Part shown: positions 19,946 to 30,954 of the stretch, in pieces
How the letters are laid out: every line of letters begins with the position of its first letter
How positions within the stretch are numbered: the first letter of the stretch is position 1
DNA from: Prasinococcaceae sp. CCMP 1430
Lineage: Eukaryota > Plantae > Prasinodermophyta
Assembly: GCA_013416795.1 (NCBI GenBank)
Contig: RQSC01000554.1
Coordinates: 1-64,000 of the forward strand
Direction of reading: 5' to 3'
DNA length: 64,000 bases
Program-made: the position numbers and the translations under genes
The notes under the pieces: generated by a model
What the model was told of the DNA's origin: nothing
The model's input: only the letters and a program-made list of their open reading frames with translations
The model's database searches: none

Positions 19946-20517
19946 CTAATGGCATATTCAGCCTCGGTTCATATGGGTTATCGGGTCAGAGGAGGGTCCG
20001 CACACGAGCGCATTTCGATGCGGCGGCGGTTCCCCGAGGGGTACGGGGAGCGGATTAGGGCATCGACGCGCGGGCGGCGCGCGCGCTGCGCGCGCCACTC
20101 TTGCTGCTTTGCGCGCCGCCGCGCGCAAAGCAACCCCCGCGGCGTGCGCGCCGCGAGAGTCACCCAGCGGCCTGTTGGGTGTCTCGGCAGCGGCGAGCGG
20201 GCGCCACGGCGCGCGGGGGCGCGGGTGCGATTGCGAGAGATCTGGCGCGCTCTGAATCGGAGGTGCTCACGAGGGACGACGATATTGATGGGGGGGGAAA
20301 CGTTGGCTGGCGAGAATGATGCTGCGCGAGGCGTGCGTGCAGGTCGGTTTCGTTTCGGCGGTTCGCCGGCGCACAAGCGCCGCGGCGCGGCGGATTGGTA
20401 TAATTGAAGGTGTTGGGAAAAAAGTGAAAAAAAGTAAAAAAAAAATGTTTATGAGAGGTTTGGTGTGGTGTGGTTTTGATGGTTGTTAATAGATGAATGT
20501 AAATGTGCAAAAAAAGC

Positions 20518-20630
20518 TGACATCTGCAGGATTCGAACCTGCGCTCTTTCGAACAAGAACCTTAATAGAACATTCGCGACGCACCTGCGCGGCGAAGCTT
20601 GCGCCTTAGACCAAACTCGGCCAAGATGTC
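20518..20630 (-). tRNA. trnL-AAG: tRNA-Leu(AAG) with a 31-nt intron at non-canonical position 30/31
   Basis: Acceptor stem GACATCT/AGATGTC-A; D arm GCCGAGTTTGGTCTAAGGC; anticodon arm CAAG[intron]A-TTAAGGT-TCTTG; variable arm TTCGAAAGAGC; T arm GCAGG-TTCGAAT-CCTGC; T7 Pol III terminator 2 nt downstream. Confidence 0.88.
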
Positions 20631-20702
20631 CAGGATGGTTGGCAAGTCGAAATTACTGCTTAAGTTTCAATGTCCACAGAACCGCCTCATCCTCTCCCCT
20701 GT

Positions 20703-20817
20703 CACACGCGCCGGCGGTGCTCCGCGCGGGGGGATGCGAAGGGACACAGGTCGCAGCGACACACGCGCCGGCGGTGCTCCGCGGGGGGGGGATGCGAAGA
20801 GGCACAGGTCGCAGCGA
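20703..20817 (+). repeat. Tandem duplication of ~57 bp upstream of the tRNA
   Basis: cacacgcgccggcggtgctccgcg...gatgcgaag..acacaggtcgcagcga occurs twice. Confidence 0.85.
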
Positions 20818-21009
20818 TCGCTTTCGCGAGGGCGGCGGGGTGCGACGAACACCCGCGGACTCGTCAATTTTCGTTCGTGTTTTTTTTAATATGCATTCCA
20901 TACTACAGTACTGTCATTTCGCGGTGGGTCAAGCGTGGCGGGTGGAGTGGTGGTGGCAGGTGGAGTGGTGGACTGCGAGACTTGTGTTGATGGTTAGCGC
21001 TCTGACGAG

Positions 21010-21948
21010 GCACCTGGTTCGGGGGAAGCCAATGACAATGCCATCAATGCGGCTGCCGAACGCTGGTTCGCCCTCGTGCCCGGCATCACCGACGCCCAGA
21101 AAAGAAAGGCTTTGAAGCCCAATAGGAAGAAGAAGGACACCCTCCGCGGCCGCCTTTGCGACACACAAGCCGTCCAGAGCGAGCAGCAAGACAAACTTCA
21201 GGAGCTATGGAAGCTCCTCGAGTGTACAGAAAACGACGATGCTCTCTTCAAATTGAAGGTGGCAGGACTCTCGTCATCGGTGACACGCAAGTGTCTTGCC
21301 TCAAAGTTCAATGCATCACAACTTGTTGAACTGGCGAACCTTCTCTTCAACGCCGCTGCCGATGGCCATGAGCCGAGCACCCCCCATCAGCGCCTCTCTT
21401 GTTTCACGCATTGCGGGAGCTTCGTGGCCGTCCTCGACCCGAAACCGAAGAAGGGACGGAAGGGACAAAGGGAGTCGTTCGAGGAGGCGAAGGTGCGCGT
21501 CTCCAGGAGCGCGAAGGCGGCAGCGATCTTGTTTGCGCCAGGCCAGGCAGCCATGTACACATGGCGTAGGATGAGCTGCCTTGGGCGCTCGGGGTTTTGT
21601 GCGCGTTTGCACGAGCCCGGGAGCGAGGAGCGTGCCACCGAGATCGTTGCAAGGGCGAAGGCCCTGCTGCGCGCAGCAGGCTATGAAGACGCCGACACGG
21701 AAGGAACGGCGCACAGCATGACACTCGAAGGCCTCTTCACCACCCTCCGCCATGAAGATGGCCTTCCTGCAGACTTTGTAGCAGTCGCGCAGCAGTTGTG
21801 GGCAGAGCCTCGGCCTGCATCATGGGCCGATGATGAGAAGATGGACTGCTTCCAGAACGGGAAATTCCGCGGGAAATTCGAACGCCTCCTTCGAGAGCGT
21901 CTCGCTGCACGACCGCCGGCGGACGCCGCAGCCGGCCCCCCGGAGTAA
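21010..21948 (+). CDS. Hypothetical protein (~300 aa), possibly preceded by an intron
   Basis: Long open frame with balanced composition and lower GC; ctgac...ag acceptor near 21009; no family recognised. Confidence 0.45.
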   Translation, partial: APGSGEANDNAINAAAERWFALVPGITDAQKRKALKPNRKKKDTLRGRLCDTQAVQSEQQDKLQELWKLLECTENDDALFKLKVAGLSSSVTRKCLASKFNASQLVELANLLFNAAADGHEPSTPHQRLSCFTHCGSFVAVLDPKPKKGRKGQRESFEEAKVRVSRSAKAAAILFAPGQAAMYTWRRMSCLGRSGFCARLHEPGSEERATEIVARAKALLRAAGYEDADTEGTAHSMTLEGLFTTLRHEDGLPADFVAVAQQLWAEPRPASWADDEKMDCFQNGKFRGKFERLLRERLAARPPADAAAGPPE

Positions 21949-22349
21949 GACACACCACAGATGCACCCCGTCGCTCCCAAGGCCCCTCGCCACGCACCCT
22001 CGCACAGCACCCGCCCGAGCAACCCCCCCTTCCCCTCCCCTTGTCCGCCGCCTGCGATCCTGCCCCCGACCTCCACCTCCGCGCCATGAGGACGGCGCAG
22101 ACCGCATCGCCGCCGGCGTCCCGTCGTCCGCGATCCCGAGCGTGAGCTGCTCGCGCTGCTCCGCGTAGGGGTGAGGACAGCTCAGTGGGAAGGGCGCGGC
22201 GTCGACGTGCGGCTCCACCGCGTCCCGCCCCGGGCGCGCCGGAGCGTCGGAGGCAGTGTGCGCGAGCGCATCCACGGGCCTCTCCCGGTCACGCCCGGGT
22301 TCGGGTCGCGCGCAAGCACCCGCAGACCTTGGCCAGGGGCACGGCATCG

Positions 22350-24180
22350 CCAGCAGCTCCGCCAGCAGCTCGCCAGCAGCTCCGCCAGCAGCTCCTCCGC
22401 CAGCAGCTCCGCCAGCAGCAGCTCCGCCAGCAGCTCCAAGGCCAGCGTGGGGGGCAGGCGCGCCCACCGTGGTGGGCAAGGGCGTCATCATCAATGCACC
22501 CTCGCCGCACTGCCCCCCCCCCCCCACCGCGCCCATGGCGGTCCCAGCGGCCGCTGCGGCGTTCTGGCCGCGTTCGGAAGTCCGCTCGGCTCTGCTGCTT
22601 GCCGCGCGCCGCGCGCATGTTCGCCGCCGACGCCACCCCGGGCGCCTCCGACGGCCCCACCGAGCGTGGCCCCTCTCAGCGCCGTGGGGAGACGCAGCGC
22701 GTGCGCGCAGCCGCCGCCGCCGGGCTCCTCGCTGTCCTCAGGGCGGCACCACCGCGTCGGCATGCATCGGCGGCTGCTCCTGTCGTGTCCGGAAGGCCGC
22801 GCGCGCCATGTAAAATCTCCCGGGCCATGGCTGGCGCGACCCTCCTGAACGGCTCTCGCAACGACGAGTGTGCTGTGCCTTTTGCCCCCCTCATCGCGGA
22901 GAGCGGCGTGGCGAAGGGCGCCCAGCGGCGCTGCGGCCGCGCCACCAGCTCGCGCGCCATGGCGAAGGGCGTCCAGCGGCGCTGCGGCCGAGCCACCAGC
23001 TCGCGCGACAGCAGCAGATTCGCCCGCGGCAATCGCTTCGCCCACGCGCATGCGCGTCGGTCCAGGCCCGGGCATGCCGCGGGCGGGCTTGCGGGGTGCA
23101 GCCCCATCCGCGACCAGCCGCTTCGCGCGGAAGCAGGATCGATCCGTGCGGGCGCCTCGCGCGCCCAAGTGCCAGTCCAGAGAGAGCGCTGACACGGCCC
23201 CGGAGCACAGCGTTCTGGTTGTGGGCGCAGGTCGTGGCGCCAGCGCGACCGCATCCACGAGCGGTGGAGGAAAGTCGGGTACTTGCAAGGGGGGCAAGGC
23301 TGGTGGAGGGAAGACGGCGCATGAGGCAGCAAGGTCCGCATCCACGACGAGGCGCGAAACATCCGAGCAGTCGCTCGAGCACCCACTTTGGGCGAGCGCT
23401 GGGTCGTCCCACGCAGGCGCGGCGTGCGTGCGGCATCGCGCGCCCCGTGGCGGCAGCTCAAGCACCCGCCACGCCTCGTCCGGTGAGGCGGGGTTGGAGG
23501 GCGCGAGAGCGCACGAGGGCAGCACGACGCACGATGACGGTCGCGTTGCAGAGCGCCGGCGGTGTCGCCGCCGTGCGCGCCCTCGCCACCGATACCGGAC
23601 GCGCGCTCGGTGTGCGCGCGAAACCACCCACAAACCTTGGCCGGAGGCACGACATCGGTGCTGAGGTGCGAGCCCAGCTCCGCCAGCAGCTCGAAGGCCA
23701 ACGTGGGCAGCGCGCCCACCGTGGTGGGCAAGGGCGCGTCGGCGTCACCCGTCTCGCAGAATCGGCGCAGCTCGGTAGGGCGGTGCTACGACCTGCCCGC
23801 TTGCTCGGCCCGCACCGAGATCTCAGCGCAGAGCGGTCGGCGCTCGGCCTTGTCGCGCTCGGCCTTGTCGCGTTCGGTCTCGTCGCGTTCGGCCTTCTCC
23901 TCGGCGCTGGCGGACGCGGCGGACAGGTCGATCACGCCCTCGCAGCGCACGGCGTCCAGCGCGGCCTCGGTGCCGAGCCCGTGCGCGGCGGCAGCGCTGC
24001 CGCGTCGCTCGGCGAGGGGTGCGCGTCCAGCGTCCAGCGCGGCCTCGCTTTCGAGCTCGTGCGCGGCGGCAGCTGCCGCGTCGCCCGGCGGGGGGTGCGC
24101 GTCCAGCGTCCAGCGCGGCCTCACTTTCGAGCTCGTGCGCGGCGGCAGCGCTGCCGCGTCGCTCGGCGAGGGGTGCGCGT
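22350..24180. repeat. Mosaic of short internal repeats (gccagcagctcc arrays, duplicated 47-nt and ~60-90-nt units)
   Basis: Blocks at 22350-22485 recur at 23680-23740; tandem units at 22909-23007 and 23955-24180. Confidence 0.7.
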
Positions 24181-24181
24181 N

Positions 24182-24890
24182 AGGATGTCGCGCGTACTCT
24201 TGCCCTTGTGGTCAGCGTACGGCACATCGCGCGCGAAGCACTCCCAGCACAGCATGCCGAGGCCGTACACGTCGGACGCCTCGCTGTTGGACTCGCCCGC
24301 CAGCAGCTCGGGCGCCATCCAGAACGGCGTCCCCACCGCAGAGCGCCGGCCAGCGCCCAGCATGCGGCCTTTCGTCGATGAGAGGCCGAAGTCGGACAGC
24401 TTGCAGTCAAAGCTGTCGTTCACGAGCACGTTGGCGGCTTTGATATCGCCTGTGGGCGCGTGCGCAGGGTGCGAGAGGGGCGAGGGGAGGCAATACAAGA
24501 GCACACGGGAGGGACGCGCAGCGTCAGCGAAGGTGCCAGTAGTCATAGTAGCAAACAGATGCCAGGGACCTTTCCCCCGTGCAGGCGGCGACGCAGCGCG
24601 TAGCATCTTTTCTCTTTCTTGCACGCACCGTGTATGATGGGCTCCTTGCCGCTGTGCAGGTAGCGCATGCCGCACACGACGTCGCGCACCATGCCGATGA
24701 GCAGCGAGGCGGGCAGGTCGGCCGTCGGGTTGAGCAGAAGGTCCCGCAGCGTTCCCCTGGGCATGTACTCAAGAACGAGCAGCGGGTCGGCCTCCTTGGT
24801 GGCTCCAAGCACGGTGACGATGTTCGGATGACGGAGGCGCACCATGAGGCGAATCTCGCGTTTGAAGATGTTGGCCAGCCGCGCGCTCGA
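24182..24890 (-). CDS. TKL-type protein kinase fragment (alphaC to subdomain IX; intron 24450-24628); N-lobe and C-terminus missing
   Basis: FKREIRLMVRLRHPNIV, LVLEYMPRGTL, MRYLH...IIHG|DIKAANVLV, KLSDFGLS, GTPFWMAPE, SDVYGLG. No GxGxxG or VAVK upstream in frame; ends at N 24181. Confidence 0.85.
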
Positions 24891-25119
24891 CAGCCGCTTG
24901 CCGGCGCCCGTGCCTGATGCTGCTGTCCCGCCGCATCCGAGTCCCAGATTGCCTGACTGGCTGCCCGTGCCGCTCCCAATCGAGAGGCAACCAAGCGAGA
25001 CGCACGAGCCGAAGTGGGCCCGCTTCACGCAACCGATGTCACCGCCACTGCGACTGCCAACACTGCCACTGCCGCTGCCACGACTCGTACTACTGCCGAG
25101 ACCACAGCCACTACCGCGC

Positions 25120-25760
25120 ACACCGCCAACACCACCCACCCACCTCACCACCCTCACCAGAACAGGCGCCGCCCGTCGCGTGCCAGGTTTGCGGCTGCCC
25201 GCACAACAACGACCTGGGCAGCCTCCGACCCGAGTGCCATCAACGCTGTTCAGGGTCTCGCTCGAGGCGCCTTCCACGCAGTCGGGTGTCATCCTCCCTC
25301 CCCGACGGCGAGGCGCGACGCTTTGGCCAGCGCTGCTCATGGCACTTCCATTCGCTCCAGTCACCTTCGAAGGTTCGCTCCCCGTCGCCGCTCCCCGCGC
25401 CAAAGCGTGGCATCCACAGGGCGATAGCTGCCGCGGCGACGGCGCCCTCCCCGCGCGGGCGGCGCCGCCGGCGCAGCGACGCTCGCCCCCCCCACACACA
25501 CACCGCCGCCGCCGCCACCACCACCCACCCCCGCGCACACCGCCACCACCACCCACCCACCTCACCACCCTCACCAGAACAGGCGCGCGCGCGCGCCTGC
25601 TCCGAAACATTCGGACGCCTCGGCGCGCTCCCCGTCGCCGCTCCCCGCGCCAAAGCGTGGCATCCACAGGGCGATAGCTGCCGCGGCGACGGCGCCCTGC
25701 CCGCGCGGGCGGCGCCGCCGACGCAGCGACGCTCGCCCCCCCCCCAGCGCACGGCGCCCC
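25120..25760. repeat. Dispersed repeat family, copies A/B (shared with 30955-31680)
   Basis: cacccacctcaccaccctcaccagaacaggcg at ~25135, ~25555, ~30975; gctccccgtcg.cgctccccgcgccaaagcgtggcatccacagggcga.agctgc at ~25377, ~25627, ~31220, ~31565. Confidence 0.9.
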
Positions 25761-25914
25761 GACGTCCAAGACGCCGTCGGCGACGAGCGCCGCAGCCGCG
25801 TCGCGGAGCGCCGGCGGTGTTGCCGCCGTGCGCGCGTCGGGTTCCTCGCCTCCCGAGCGCCCTCCGCATAAACCTCGCACCCAAGAGGTGTGGCAGCGCG
25901 CTGACCAGATCGCA

Positions 25915-26150
25915 CGGGCGCCTCCAGCGAGAGCTGCGCGGCGCCGCGGCCTGTAGGCGCGGCCTGCGGCGCATCCGGAGCGACGTCCAGCCGACCCAGT
26001 TCGGATCCAGATCGAAGCGGGCGCCTCCAGCGAGAGCTGCGCGGCGCCGCGGCCTGCAGGCGCGGCCTGCGGCGCGTCGCTCCGTCCAGCCGACCCAGTT
26101 CGGATCCAGATCGAAGCGGGCGCCTCCAGCGAGAGCTGCGCGGCGCCGCG
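25915..26150. repeat. Tandem ~100-bp units (gtccagccgacccagttcggatccagatcgaagcgggcgcctccagcgagagctgcgcggcgccgcg)
   Basis: Two full copies plus a partial third. Confidence 0.8.
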
Positions 26151-27153
26151 CCCGCGCCCTGCTGCGCGCGCGCAACATGTGGCACGCCCGGGGTGGCAGC
26201 GCGCCAGAGCACCCGCCCCAACGCGCGCCCAGCGCCAAAAAACAAACAAAAAAAAAAGCCAACCATAACAAAAACAAGCCACGCGCGCTCGTCTAGTGGC
26301 CGGGCGCCACACAGGACGAGCTGCCGCGGCGACGGCGCCCTCCCCGCGCGGGCGGCAGCGCGCGGCGCGCGCGCGAGCACACGCCGGGCGCCGCCGCCGC
26401 GCAAAAAACGCGACCTCAAAAAAAAAAAAAAAGGTTGGGTTCGTATGAACAAGTGCGCTATGCATTTTTAAACGGCGTATCAAATTGCACGGCGTGAGGG
26501 AGGCTTTTTTAAAAAAGAATTGTGTCGATCTGAGAGCACCAAAAACCGTACAAAATGTTCATCAAAGAGACGGTGCGCTGCCCGCGTTGCCTGGTGGGGT
26601 TCCGCCCAAGCCACATCAAAACCAAACGCGACGGAGCCGTTGCAATGCGGATTCCTTTGGTATCATGCGGAAGCCAACGGGCACGCGCGCGCAACACAAA
26701 AAAAAATCAAAAAAAAAACTTGTGGCCCTGGTCGCGCGCCGCACGAGCGCCTCCGACGTCCGTTTTTTCAAACCTCCTTCGGTTGGATCATTTTTTTTTT
26801 TTTTTAAAGTCCTACCTGGTACCGTACCAGGTACTGTAGTCTAGTATTTACTTGTACGTACAAGTACGTGACTTTTTTTGTTGTTGGGAAAGCACGTGCA
26901 TACTGTATGTTTGGGTATTTATGCTCGAAAATGAGAGGAAATGTTTTTTTTGTGGACTTTGGATAAGATGGGGGGGGGGGAGGTGGAGGCGTTCGAGAGG
27001 TTCTGCTAGGCTGACCTTCCCCCCACCACCTCACCTCCCCCCCTCCCCCCCTCCCCCCCCCCCCACCACACACACACACTTTGCGTCCCCGCCTCCTCCT
27101 TCTCCCGGGAGAGAGCCTGTCCTCGCGGTCCTCCGCGCCACAGCGCGCGGCCN

Positions 27154-27650
27154 TGCCGCCGCCTGCCCCCGCACGAAATCGACCACGTTCCCGAGCGCCG
27201 CCGCGTCGGTCTGAGTGCTGGTCGGCGCTGAGCGCGGGGGACGGGCGCTGCGGCCGCCTCCTGCTCACCTGCGCGAACGAGCAAGGGAGCGTCGTCGGCG
27301 CGCTCGCCGCGACCGCGGCCGACGGCGAAGCGTTCGTGCACCTCGTCGCCGCCGCCCCGCGTGGAGAGGGCGTGGGCTCGTCGCTGCTCGCGGCCGCAGA
27401 GGGCGAGTGCGCGGCCGCGGGCGCGCGCACGATGCGTTTGCGTGCGCTCGACGCCCGGCTGGAGCGCTACTACGCGCGCCGTGGCTACACCCGCGATGCG
27501 AGCCCGCTCGCCACTCTCGACGGCGCTCTGACGGCCGCCGTGCGCGCCGTTGGCTCCGCTGTCGGATGGGAGGGCGCCGACGGCCTCGCCGCCGAGGGCT
27601 GCTACATGGAGAAATCTCTGGCCGAGGCATCGACGGACGCTGGCGGGTGA
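27154..27650 (+). CDS. GNAT-family acetyltransferase, 5' end cut at N 27153
   Basis: VHLVAAAPRGEGVGSSLLAAAE (motif A) and LERYYARRGY (motif B). Confidence 0.75.
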
Positions 27651-27855
27651 CGCAGGACACGCGTGCCACCGCCGGCGCTGCCACGAGCACGCGCCGCAAA
27701 TGTTGTAAATATGTTGATGTACACATGGGCGAGGGGAAGTGGACTATCCGCGCGCGGCCTCGGGGGGGCTTGCTATCGGGCGGCGGCGCATGGTACTGCG
27801 GGCGCTACCGCTGCCGCGTGGGTCGACCACATCGGCGGCCCGTCTGCCCTCGCGC

Positions 27856-28900
27856 TCAGTCGTTCCGCTGGAACAGCTGGCCGAACGCGCGGAAGAAGCG
27901 GAAACGCAGGGAGGGCTTGTATGGCTGGGCCTCGGGGAAGGGAAGCGGCTTGCCAATCGCGTAGAGGATCCCGAACAGCGCGCTGAGGCCGCCGCTGTTG
28001 CCCTGCGTGCGGTCGGCGACGTAGCCGGTCGTGAATTTGGTCACCTTGCCCTCGCTGTCGAATGTGACGCTCGAGACGGTGGGCGGAAGCTCGACGACCT
28101 TACCGGTGGCCTCGAAAGAAGCCAGCTTGCCGGTGTGCGTGCCCTACGCGCGCGCGAGCCGCGCGGTCAGCGAGGGGGTGTGCGTCGGCGTCGGCGCCCG
28201 CGCAACGCGGTCAGGCAAAACGACAGGCCCATCGATACGCTCAGCGTGTGCGAGGGCAGCACTGCGCACCTTGAAGCGCGACATGAACCACACGCAGTTG
28301 GGCACCAGCGGGTCGACGGTCATCCCGAAGGTGTTCTCCTGCTTGTCAGGAAAGGCGTCCTCGAAGCCGAAGCTATTTGTGTTCAGCTCGCGCCGAGGCA
28401 GGCGGCGCGGCCAGTCATGTCAGCGCTGCGCGTGCACTTGCAGGTCCGCGACATCTGGGGGAACTCGAAGAGCGCGCGCGCGCGCGCGACACGCGAGCAC
28501 ATACCTCGTGACTGCGCGCAGGAACGCGTCCTTAGGCAGCGGGCCGACCACCGGCGCGATGAACTCGAACGAGTCGGCTGCGAGCGCGTGGCGTGCGTTC
28601 GAGCGTGCGCTCGCTGGGGTCAGAGCTGCTGCGCGCGATGCTGAAGCGCGGGGAGGAGGCCAGGGGGAAAGGGGGAGCGGAGCGACAGAGGGGTGGTGGC
28701 GGGTGCGTGCGAGCAGGCGCGCCGCGCGACCGCCCGCCCGCGATCGCTCGCACGCACCCAGCAACGATGGGTCATTCACTCCCTGCTGCGCGGCGTTGAA
28801 CGCCACCGCCATCTCCAGCAGCGCCTCGTCCGAGAAGTCCGACGCCGTCACCGTTGACACGGCGGCCCCCGGGGCGGGGGCCGCCGCGCGGGCCGCCGCG
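27856..28900 (-). CDS. SnoaL/NTF2-like algal protein; exons ~28900-28758, 28577-28505, 28372-28270, 28143-27856
   Basis: The spliced product QGVNDPSLLADSFEFIAPVVGPLPKDAFLRAVTSFGFEDAFPD...VDPLVPNCVWF..RFKGTHTG...FDSEGKVTKFTTGYVADRTQGNSGGL...GKPLPFPEAQP stays in frame across three GT-AG introns; start uncertain. Confidence 0.7.
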
Positions 28901-29028
28901 CGAATCACCGCAATGCTCTTTTCAGCGCCCCTCCGGCGCACTGCCCCCACCCGCGGCGGCGGCGCACTCACTGGTTCGAACGCGGCGAGCGGAGCGCACT
29001 TCGAACCTCCCCCGGGCTCGCCACCACA

Positions 29029-29229
29029 AACCCCGGTCTATCAGAACCAACCCGCGATAGACCAGCGTATTTCTCAGTCACTCGGGTCATCTCTCACCGA
29101 AGACACCGGGTCTGCGCGTGGCCACAAGAAACCCCGGTCTCTCAGAACCAAACCGCGATGGACCAGGGATTACCTCAGTCACTCGGGTCATCTCTCACCG
29201 AAGAGACCGGGTCTGTGCGTGGCCACAAG
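29029..29229 (+). repeat. 100-bp tandem duplication
   Basis: aaaccccggtct.tcagaaccaa.ccgcgat.gaccag...agtcactcgggtcatctctcaccgaaga.accgggtctg.gcgtggccacaag occurs twice with a 100-nt period. Confidence 0.85.
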
Positions 29230-29716
29230 GCCTCGCGCGGAGGTGTTTTTTGCGCTCCCGTTGGTACTTTGGACATGATTTTAGATTATACAATGTCTCA
29301 TGGCGGGAGTGCGGGCGGCTCGCGCGCGCCACACGGCGCACGCCGGGCGGGCGGGGCGGCGACTCCCACATACAGTTACAAGACCATATCATCATAAACC
29401 CTAATACTACACCCCAAAACCCAACCGTATCCGTTGGGGCGATGACGTGGCGCGCTGCCCGTTCGTCGATGGTCTATCGCTACCGGTTAGGGGACGACGA
29501 GGGTTAAGGGTGAAATGGTGGATAGGGTCTGGTGCGGCCGGCGAGCGCGAGCGAGAGCCGGCGAGTACGCGCGCGTACGCGTGGGTGCGTGCGCGCGTGG
29601 GTGCGTGCGTGGGGACTCGACCAGCCGTACCAGGTGTCACGTACAGAGCTTACAACGGGCGGTCCGGTGCAGGAGGGCGACGCGCGTGTCGTCTACCTCC
29701 GCCTGCGGCCTCTCGC

Positions 29717-30916
29717 CTAGACCGCGTCCACCGGGCCATCGTCGCCTCGGGCCTGCGAGCGCCGCTCCGCAGCTGCCAGGGCGGCTGCTCGAACGTCCTC
29801 GGTCGCCGTCGCCGGCGGCGGCGGCGATGCCGGTGCCTGGGCGCCCTTGGGCGCACGTGAGCGCGGCGGCACATCGGAAGCGTGCGCGCCGCCGCCGCTA
29901 GGGGCGCCACTGCCGCCGCCGCTGTCGCCCAGACGGCGGCTAGGCCCACGGAAGGACTTGCTCGCACCGCTTGGCACGTGCTCGCCAATGCCACCCACCG
30001 CGCCGCTGCCCGTGCGATGCATGAGCGTGCTTAGGAAGCCGCCGGTGCTGCCACTGCTATTGCTTCCTGCTCCGTTGCCGCCGCTCATGAAGGTTGGCAG
30101 CAGCAGCGTTCCGTCACCGGCCCCAGCAGCTTCGGATGCTGCGACGAAGCCCGGTCGGGACGCGATCTCCCGAAGCCGCGGGTGCGCACCCTCCAGCTCG
30201 CCGAGCTTTGCCGCCGAGGGCATGATGTGTCGAAGCGCTCCTGCGTGATAGCAGTACCCGATCGCCATGGAAATGCCGTCGTACAGGGGGTTGCCTCCGA
30301 GGATAAACATGACCAGGAGCAGGAGCAGAGGGTACAGTCGTTTGTCGACGTCGAACAGGCCACAGAAGGACAGCCGCTGTTGCGGGGCGCGCAGCACCAT
30401 CACGACGAGCACAGCCAACAAAAACGGCAGCAACCCGCCCTGCGCGCGCGAAGCCGCCGCCGCGGTGCCCGTCGCGTCGTGGCTTGGCGACGAGCATGGC
30501 GCGAACTCAGAGGGCGCGCTCGCGCTGAACCCGCTCCCCGCCGCGAGGAGTGCGCTCGCCGCAGCCAGGTAACTTGTGTTGACCACCACGCTATGGCCGA
30601 GGATGAATACCAGCAGCCCAAACGAGCCCAGTTCCCTCTCGAAACCTGCGAGCAGCTTGTGCACGAGGTAGCACACCAGCGCGGTCTCGATGACGCCGCG
30701 CGGCGCCAGAAAGGAAGTGGCGAGCCTCCACAGGCCGCCACGCAGCACGAACGCCGGGCAGAAGGACAGCAGCCAGGGAAGCACGGGCACTAAGAGGGTG
30801 ACGACGCACCCGACGACGTGCCACACGAAGAGCGCTCGGCAGAGCAGCGGCAGGCCTGCGAGCGCGCGCTCAGCGACGGCCGCCGCCGCGGGCGCTGGCG
30901 CACCCTCCGAGCTCAT
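29717..30916 (-). CDS. Rhomboid-superfamily membrane protein lacking the catalytic Ser/His (pseudoprotease)
   Basis: LSFCPAFVLRGGLWRLATSFL, FERELGS, FCGLFDVDKRLYPLLLLLV; multiple TM helices; GxSG position reads GGLLP and the His position reads DGISM. Confidence 0.7.
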   Translation of the reverse strand: MSSEGAPAPAAAAVAERALAGLPLLCRALFVWHVVGCVVTLLVPVLPWLLSFCPAFVLRGGLWRLATSFLAPRGVIETALVCYLVHKLLAGFERELGSFGLLVFILGHSVVVNTSYLAAASALLAAGSGFSASAPSEFAPCSSPSHDATGTAAAASRAQGGLLPFLLAVLVVMVLRAPQQRLSFCGLFDVDKRLYPLLLLLVMFILGGNPLYDGISMAIGYCYHAGALRHIMPSAAKLGELEGAHPRLREIASRPGFVAASEAAGAGDGTLLLPTFMSGGNGAGSNSSGSTGGFLSTLMHRTGSGAVGGIGEHVPSGASKSFRGPSRRLGDSGGGSGAPSGGGAHASDVPPRSRAPKGAQAPASPPPPATATEDVRAAALAAAERRSQARGDDGPVDAV

Positions 30917-30954
30917 CTCGCGCCCCGCGCCCCTTTTCCGCGCTCGCGCGCACC

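Noticed and set aside
22171-24180. A real protein encoded by the repeat mosaic
   Set aside because: Several frames are open because of low complexity; there is no recognisable domain and the frames are inconsistent between repeat copies.
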